A stretch of DNA of 64,000 bases from Candidatus Hadarchaeota archaeon (GTDB lineage Archaea > Hadarchaeota > Hadarchaeia > Hadarchaeales > JAGGTB01): assembly GCA_964384105.1 (NCBI GenBank), contig CAYLJV010000001.1:480001-544000 (forward strand). Direction: 5' to 3'. This document shows positions 58,225-64,000 of this stretch, one piece after another. Every line of letters starts with the position of its first letter. Position 1 is the stretch's first letter. The notes under the pieces are model-generated. The model was not told the DNA's origin. It worked only from the letters and a program-made list of their open reading frames with translations, and made no database searches. A program made the position numbers and the translations under genes.

Positions 58225-59130
58225 ATGGCAACCTCGGAAGTATTCGTTCCAGGCCATATTTCGGGTTTTTTTCAAGTCCATAGATCTAACAACCTAAGTC
58301 GTGTTGGTTCTAGAAATTGTGGTCCTTGTATAGATGCAGGGGTTCATACTAAAACTCGAGCCGAAGAAAGCGATTTCACTGATATAGAAATTACTATAAA
58401 TGGCCAGAAGAGAGAAGCTGATTCCACCAAAATGGGGGTGGAAGAGTTGTTAAAAGTGTCTGGTAGGAAGGCCAATATCAAAATTGAGCATTCTGTCAAA
58501 GCTCCGATCGGGGCAGGTTATGGAATGAGTGGTGCGGGAACTCTTGGAGCAGTACTTTCTCTTTCAAATGCTTTGGCTTTGGATATTGGAGCGGATAGGA
58601 TACTATCAATTGCCCATAGGGCTGAAGTTGCTTGCAAATCGGGTCTTGGTGATGTAGGCCCGCAGATGATGGGGGGATTTATCATAGGATTGGAGGCTGG
58701 TGGTCCTCCCTTTGGTAAGTGGAAGAGTATGAAAGTAAGTGAGGATATTAAATTTGTTTGTGGAACCTCAGGTCTTTTGCCTACTTCGGATTTTCTAGAT
58801 AATGATTCTTTTATGAAAAGATCTATTTCCCTTGGGGGAACTGCTCTGAAGAATTTACTATCTGATCCAAATCTCAGAAGTTTTATGAGGGTTTCAAAGG
58901 ACTTTGCTTTGGATTTAAATATATTTGAAGAAGATTTTATCGAAGTTCTCGAAGATATCTCTATAAACAGTCCTCTGGGAGCTAGTGCTGTAATGCTTGG
59001 GCGAGCTATTTTTGCTCCGGTCAAACCATCAGAAGTAGAGGCCATAAAAGAATTATTCCTTGATTATTTTGACCATCGGTCGGTCTTTGTTACCTCGGTA
59101 GATTTCAAGGGAGCAAGAATTTTACCATAA
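58225..59130 (+). CDS. Pantoate kinase (GHMP family)
   Basis: FVPGHISGFF, PIGAGYGMSGAG, AHRAEV..SGLGDV; follows coaBC. Confidence 0.9.
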   Translation: MATSEVFVPGHISGFFQVHRSNNLSRVGSRNCGPCIDAGVHTKTRAEESDFTDIEITINGQKREADSTKMGVEELLKVSGRKANIKIEHSVKAPIGAGYGMSGAGTLGAVLSLSNALALDIGADRILSIAHRAEVACKSGLGDVGPQMMGGFIIGLEAGGPPFGKWKSMKVSEDIKFVCGTSGLLPTSDFLDNDSFMKRSISLGGTALKNLLSDPNLRSFMRVSKDFALDLNIFEEDFIEVLEDISINSPLGASAVMLGRAIFAPVKPSEVEAIKELFLDYFDHRSVFVTSVDFKGARILP

Positions 59131-59297
59131 CTCTTTTCTATGTTTTCAGAAGAAAAATTGTGCTAATATGTAGCCGATTATGAACACAATTATGAGTTTT
59201 AATATCTCTTTTCTTGACATTTTGATGCCTTTATGGATTGATAAGGGTTAGCGCATCTGAGCTTTTAAAGAGTCCGTTTTGTGATAATGAGGATATA

Positions 59298-59834
59298 TTA
59301 GTAGTATTTTTCTCCGTAAACATTTTCATAAGTTATTTCCTCTAAGTCTCTTTTTTTTGGGGCTTTCGGTTGTTGAACGGGTTTCCCTATGGGGATAAGA
59401 GCTAGTGCCCTAACTTTTTCAGGGCCTTCTATAATTTTTTCGACCACCCCCTCGTCGTATGCACCTATCCAACAAGTTGCGTAACCAAGAGACTTGGCCG
59501 CTAGATGGATGTTTTGAATTGAAGCTGCTGTATCCTGGATTATGTACAGCTCGGATCCCCTTTTACCATATCTTTTGCTAGTCCGAGGAATGTTCGCACA
59601 GACAACTACTACGACTGGAGCCTCTGCTATGAAAGATTGACCATGAGCCGCTTTGACTAATTTTTCTTTTATATCTTGATTCGTAATTACCACGAGTTCT
59701 AGGGGTTGCATGTTGCCAGCGGATGGGGCCATTCGGGCTGCATCGAGTATTTTCTTTAAATCTTCTTCAGGTACTGGATCTGGCTTATATTTTCTGACAC
59801 TTCGTCTTTCCTTTATAGCGTCCAATACATCCAT
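59298..59834 (-). CDS. Nitroreductase family protein
   Basis: RRSVRKY, APSAGN.QP, LG..TCWIG. Confidence 0.92.
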   Translation of the reverse strand: MDVLDAIKERRSVRKYKPDPVPEEDLKKILDAARMAPSAGNMQPLELVVITNQDIKEKLVKAAHGQSFIAEAPVVVVVCANIPRTSKRYGKRGSELYIIQDTAASIQNIHLAAKSLGYATCWIGAYDEGVVEKIIEGPEKVRALALIPIGKPVQQPKAPKKRDLEEITYENVYGEKYY

Positions 59835-59883
59835 TTTATCAGTTTGTTTTATACATTAGAGTTCTATATACCTTGTTGAGAAA

Positions 59884-60132
59884 ATGGGAAGTGCTGATAT
59901 CGATTGGATTGTCGAAAAGGCATCTGAGTTACTTGCGGACAAGGTTGAGGATGGTCCGTTGAAAGAGGAAGATATAAGACTTGCCTATGAAATGTTCGCT
60001 GAACCTCGATTGAGCAAAATTTCTGATTCGTTTTCCGATGAAGACGAATACACAGAGGCAACGAACGAGATTAGAGTCAGGCTTCACGAAATAGCAAATG
60101 AATTAAATGAAAATAGATGGGGTAGAGAATAA
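59884..60132 (+). CDS. Small acidic hypothetical protein
   Basis: 82-aa helical ORF divergent from the nitroreductase. Confidence 0.6.
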   Translation: MGSADIDWIVEKASELLADKVEDGPLKEEDIRLAYEMFAEPRLSKISDSFSDEDEYTEATNEIRVRLHEIANELNENRWGRE

Positions 60133-60149
60133 AGGCGCTGATTGGGGTC

Positions 60150-60353
60150 TTATAGAGGTACTGCCCCTCCGGGATTTCCTAAGATCAACCAGTAGAATAG
60201 GAATATACAGACAGCGACTATTGCGAACATTCCACCGCTCCACTTTTTAGCTTGGGCTTTCCATGAGATATAGCCAAAAAGTCCTGCTGCGGCGATTATA
60301 GCAGCTAGGATAATCCCAAAGATTATTCTTAAAGCCCACATCCACCAGACCAA
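60150..60353 (-). CDS. Small 2-TM membrane protein
   Basis: Two hydrophobic helices; AGGTG SD before TTG. Confidence 0.55.
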   Translation of the reverse strand: MVWWMWALRIIFGIILAAIIAAAGLFGYISWKAQAKKWSGGMFAIVAVCIFLFYWLILGNPGGAVPL

Positions 60354-60942
60354 TTTAACACCTTAATTTCCTTAATTTTTAGATATAAAAATATTGGCTC
60401 CGTAAAAAGTAGTACTTTTTGCCGATTTGATTGTTCGAAACTTGTTTTTCGGTTATTTTCTAATCCTTAAGTTGTTTTCTCCTTTATTATCTCTTATTTT
60501 TATTCTAAAATTCTCTTTGTTTTTCAGCTTGAGAACTTTTTATTTCATAACAACATCCGCCGGATTTCTTGGTACATCAATAACAAATTTTGTGGAAAGG
60601 ATTGAATTATCTGAAAAGACTGTCCTCGTTAGAAATAGGGATAATACGGATGAGGTAAGCAAGCCGGAAAAAACTGAATCGAGCAGATGTAAAATCCTTT
60701 GAAATAAAAGAATATCCCTATCAGCTCGAAAAAGAGAAAACTACTGGTGGTGGTCGAGGATGGTAAAAGACGAAACTAGCATCGCTTTTGCAAAAACATG
60801 AAAAGATCGGAAAGTGGGGGATTTACCTACTTTGACTAAGTTTTGAGTTTGTTGATGGAGTTTAAGAATGGAAGGTTGAATAAATATGACCAAGGTTTAT
60901 ACTAGGAACTAACTTACATGAAGGGAATAGCAAAGGTTAAAC

Positions 60943-61437
60943 ATGTTAGAAAGAGTAGAGAGAAGTCAACTCAATTGGATAATCGGTGGCTTAGCAATTT
61001 TAGTAGTGGTTGCATTTGTCGCAGGTTCCTTTTTCGGTGGTGGTTTAGCAGATGAGTTCAGAAATGATGAATCACCGACGGGTGGGGATATAGAAATAGG
61101 AGAAGAAGTATCAGAGGATGAAATAAAACAAAATGCCCAATCGTTTATGGATTTACAATTGGCACAGACGAGGCGGCAGTTAGAAATGATAGTGGACCAG
61201 AGCGAGAATATCTCCGAAGATGATGTCTACATCGATGCATCGATCGATGATGTGTCATCGTCAGAGTTCGGTTCGTTATATAACGTGACTGTATCGATAA
61301 CTGGAACTATGCCTTCCCAAACAGGTGGACTTGAGGATATCGATCAAGAACAGAGCCTATTCATCTCTGAAGACGGACGATATGTTTTCCAAGAGCCAAT
61401 AGATTTGGAGCAGGATTTAGGGCAATCGCAACAATAA
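60943..61437 (+). CDS. Acidic membrane-anchored hypothetical protein
   Basis: N-terminal TM; D/E-rich; LYNV...FISEDGRYVF resembles the DsbC N-terminal domain. Confidence 0.65.
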   Translation: MLERVERSQLNWIIGGLAILVVVAFVAGSFFGGGLADEFRNDESPTGGDIEIGEEVSEDEIKQNAQSFMDLQLAQTRRQLEMIVDQSENISEDDVYIDASIDDVSSSEFGSLYNVTVSITGTMPSQTGGLEDIDQEQSLFISEDGRYVFQEPIDLEQDLGQSQQ

Positions 61438-61828
61438 TTCTATAGTTTCTAGGAGCTGGAAATAAGAATCTTATTTTGGAAATTAGCCTAGAGATATCAG
61501 TAAATAATTAGGATTTGTATAACTAACCTAAAGGGGAGCCAAGAAGTATTCCTTCTGTGGCCAACAGGGCTCTCTGAACAATAAGATGTGGTGTGACTGA
61601 AAGATATCACTTGGTGAAAGGTTCTAGAGGGGATTGTGGACAAGGCCTAGGGATACTGGAAAGGGATCTATGGTGAAAAAATTCTTAGAGAGATTTAGAG
61701 ATTTAAAAGATTCAAGGAGAAGAATAGTTTAGGATAGTCTTTTTTTAGTAATAGGAAGTAACTTGAACCTTATTTTTTACTAAAAAGAAATTAAATAGAT
61801 TGTAGAATTCAATAAAGAGGTCATCAAG

Positions 61829-63589
61829 ATGCCCAGAATTGCAGTATTGGATCGAGAAAAATGTCAGCCGAAGAAATGCGCCATGGAGTGCAAGAATTTT
61901 TGTCCTGGTGTTAGAGTAGGAGATGAAACGATTACGATTGATGAGGATGGAAAGCCAGTTATTTCGGAAGAGTTGTGTACGGGTTGTGGGATCTGTGTGC
62001 ATAAATGCCCATTCGACGCTATCCATATAATCAATTTGCCTGAGGAGTTAGAGGAGAAATGTGTTCATAGATATGGTCCCAACGGTTTTGCACTTTATGG
62101 TTTGCCTATCCCTCGAGAGGGTAAGGTCTCAGGGCTTATCGGTCAAAATGGAATCGGTAAGACGACGGCTCTCAGGATCCTAGCAGGAAGATTAAAGCCT
62201 AACCTCGGTGGACAAAAAACCGCTTCCGAAGACGAACTTTTGGAATTTTTCAAGGGTTCAGAATTACAGACCTATTTTGGAAAGATAGATGAGATAAAAA
62301 TTTCCTACAAACCTCAGTCTATAGCAAACATCCCTTCAACGGTTGAAGGACGGACTGGTGACTTACTTGATCAGGCCGATGAACGGGGAGTATCCAGACA
62401 ATTAGCCGAAAGCCTAGATCTTTCTGGAGTTATGGATAGGAAAGTAAGTGCTCTAAGTGGGGGGGAGCTTCAGAGGTTGGCTATAGCTGCAGTGGCTGCA
62501 AAGGATGCGGATTTGTATTATTTTGACGAACCTACATCTCATCTGGATATTTATCAGAGACTAAATTCTGCGAGAACAATTCGGGAGTTGGCAGAAGCGG
62601 ACAAGGCTGTTTTGGTGGTTGAGCATGATTTGGCTGCGCTTGACTATATGTGTGATTACGTTCACGTTGTTTACGGTACTCCGAATGCTTATGGTGTTAT
62701 TTCAGAGCCAAGAGGGGTAAGAGTGGGAATAAATGCGTATTTGGAGGGCTATCTAAAAGAGGAAAACGTGAGATTTAGGTCTGATTCAATTTCCTTTGAG
62801 ACAAGGGCTCCTGATGAATCACAAAGGGGTATAGAATCGCTTTTAGAATTTCCCGAGATGACGAAAGAATTTGATGGATTCAGGCTGGAGGTTGAAAGCG
62901 GTGATATCTTCCCGGGTGAAATCGTAGGTGTTGTTGGTCCGAATGCTACTGGGAAGACCACTTTTGTCAAACTTTTGGCGGGTGAGTTGGAGCCTACTGT
63001 GGGTAGGTTGGATACTGAACTTAATATTGCTTATAAGCCCCAGTATCCCCAGATAGAGGTCGAGGGAACTGTTCGATCTTATTTGGCTTCTAATGTGGAC
63101 GAATTCGATAAAAGGTTCAAAATAGACGTATTAAAGCCTTTAGGGGTTGAGGGTCTTCTTGATAACGATATTCAGGGTCTTAGTGGGGGGGAACTCCAGA
63201 GAACTGTTATATCTGCCTGTTTGGGCCAAAAAGCGGATTTGTATCTTCTGGATGAGCCTAGTGCTTATTTGGATGTTGAGCAGAGGCTGGGAATGGCGAG
63301 AGCCCTAGATCGGTTTATTGAAGGTAGAGGGGCCGCCGCTTTTGTTGTGGATCACGATGTGCTTTCCGTCGATTATGTGTCTAACAAATTACTGGTGTTT
63401 ACAGGAGAACCGGGTAAAGAAGGAAAAGCTAGAGGCCCTCTAAAAATGAGAGAAGGTATGAACACTTTTCTTAGAGAAGTTGCTGTAACTTTTAGGCGGG
63501 ACCCTAAAACCGGCAGACCGCGGGTGAATAAACCAGATAGTCAACTTGATAAGAAGCAGAGGAAAAGAGGAGAGTACTACTATACCTAG
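61829..63589 (+). CDS. rli: Ribosome recycling ATPase ABCE1/RLI
   Basis: N-terminal Fe-S Cys motifs, two ABC cassettes (GQNGIGKT, GPNATGKT, LSGGELQR twice), C-terminal GEYYY. Confidence 0.96.
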   Translation: MPRIAVLDREKCQPKKCAMECKNFCPGVRVGDETITIDEDGKPVISEELCTGCGICVHKCPFDAIHIINLPEELEEKCVHRYGPNGFALYGLPIPREGKVSGLIGQNGIGKTTALRILAGRLKPNLGGQKTASEDELLEFFKGSELQTYFGKIDEIKISYKPQSIANIPSTVEGRTGDLLDQADERGVSRQLAESLDLSGVMDRKVSALSGGELQRLAIAAVAAKDADLYYFDEPTSHLDIYQRLNSARTIRELAEADKAVLVVEHDLAALDYMCDYVHVVYGTPNAYGVISEPRGVRVGINAYLEGYLKEENVRFRSDSISFETRAPDESQRGIESLLEFPEMTKEFDGFRLEVESGDIFPGEIVGVVGPNATGKTTFVKLLAGELEPTVGRLDTELNIAYKPQYPQIEVEGTVRSYLASNVDEFDKRFKIDVLKPLGVEGLLDNDIQGLSGGELQRTVISACLGQKADLYLLDEPSAYLDVEQRLGMARALDRFIEGRGAAAFVVDHDVLSVDYVSNKLLVFTGEPGKEGKARGPLKMREGMNTFLREVAVTFRRDPKTGRPRVNKPDSQLDKKQRKRGEYYYT

Positions 63590-64000
63590 TCTGGATTCCA
63601 CCGTAAAGTGATTAGAATAATTGTTTGATGTTGTTAGAGAGCGTATTTACCGGTTAGGATTTATCGGATTTTTATAGTAATGGAAATTTATTATTTGCAT
63701 TCCCAAAAACTCTGTCAGAAACCACTGTTTGTTGGTTGTGAGGGGGTGGAATACTTTCACTTTCCCCACAGCATTCTTTTTTAATTGATTTTGGGAGAAT
63801 TTAGCCCATGTTCGAAACTCAAATAGAAAAAGATATTCAATATGTTAAAGCATTGGTCGGTTCAAGAATCTCATTGCATACTTCAAATACGAAAAAAGTC
63901 GATATTACTTTCAAAAGATTGGGAAATTTAGTTATACTTAACTATTAAAAATTAGTAAACTACCTACAAAGAGGCTGGTTAAATGGGAATCAAAAGCGAT

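Noticed and set aside
60427-60702. 91-aa hydrophobic ORF
   Set aside because: Low-complexity T-rich sequence, TTG start without SD; probably spurious
63738-63782. Imperfect hairpin plus T-tract, and a 46-aa ORF from 63808
   Set aside because: Hairpin is imperfect and about 150 bp from the rli stop; ORF has no motif or SD; cannot be supported at the window edge
1-64000. CRISPR array, rRNA, transposase
   Set aside because: No regularly spaced direct repeats, rRNA-like segments or transposase motifs were seen by eye

Overview
Gene-dense stretch of an archaeal chromosome. Archaeal markers include aRF1, ABCE1, AglB, pantoate kinase, archaeal ValRS/ProRS and GGAGGTGA ribosome-binding sites. The anaerobic gene content would fit a Hadarchaeota/MSBL1-like lineage, but that is inference only. 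Most of the window is housekeeping: valS, metG, hisS, proS, pyrH, split purH, ahcY, ftsZ, ino1, NAD salvage, CoA synthesis and RLI. Highlights: (1) a hybrid [NiFe]/[FeFe]-type hydrogenase operon (19940-27623) in which the [NiFe] small subunit and a HydA-like protein have reciprocally swapped halves, with a shortened, degenerate H-cluster domain and a HydB-GltD fusion; (2) directly upstream, a heliorhodopsin with an unannotated divergent 47-aa zinc-finger microprotein and a pyrimidine-dimer-glycosylase-like gene; (3) an unannotated box C/D sRNA candidate (4876-4946) in an ORFan-rich region next to tRNA-Ala(CGC); (4) an iron/peroxide cluster with an encapsulin-cargo-type ferritin; (5) an RHH-ftsZ unit with twin palindromic operators; (6) an AglB lacking the WWD motif. 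No CRISPR array, rRNA, integrase or intact transposase was seen. All family calls come from motif recognition by eye, with no database searches.
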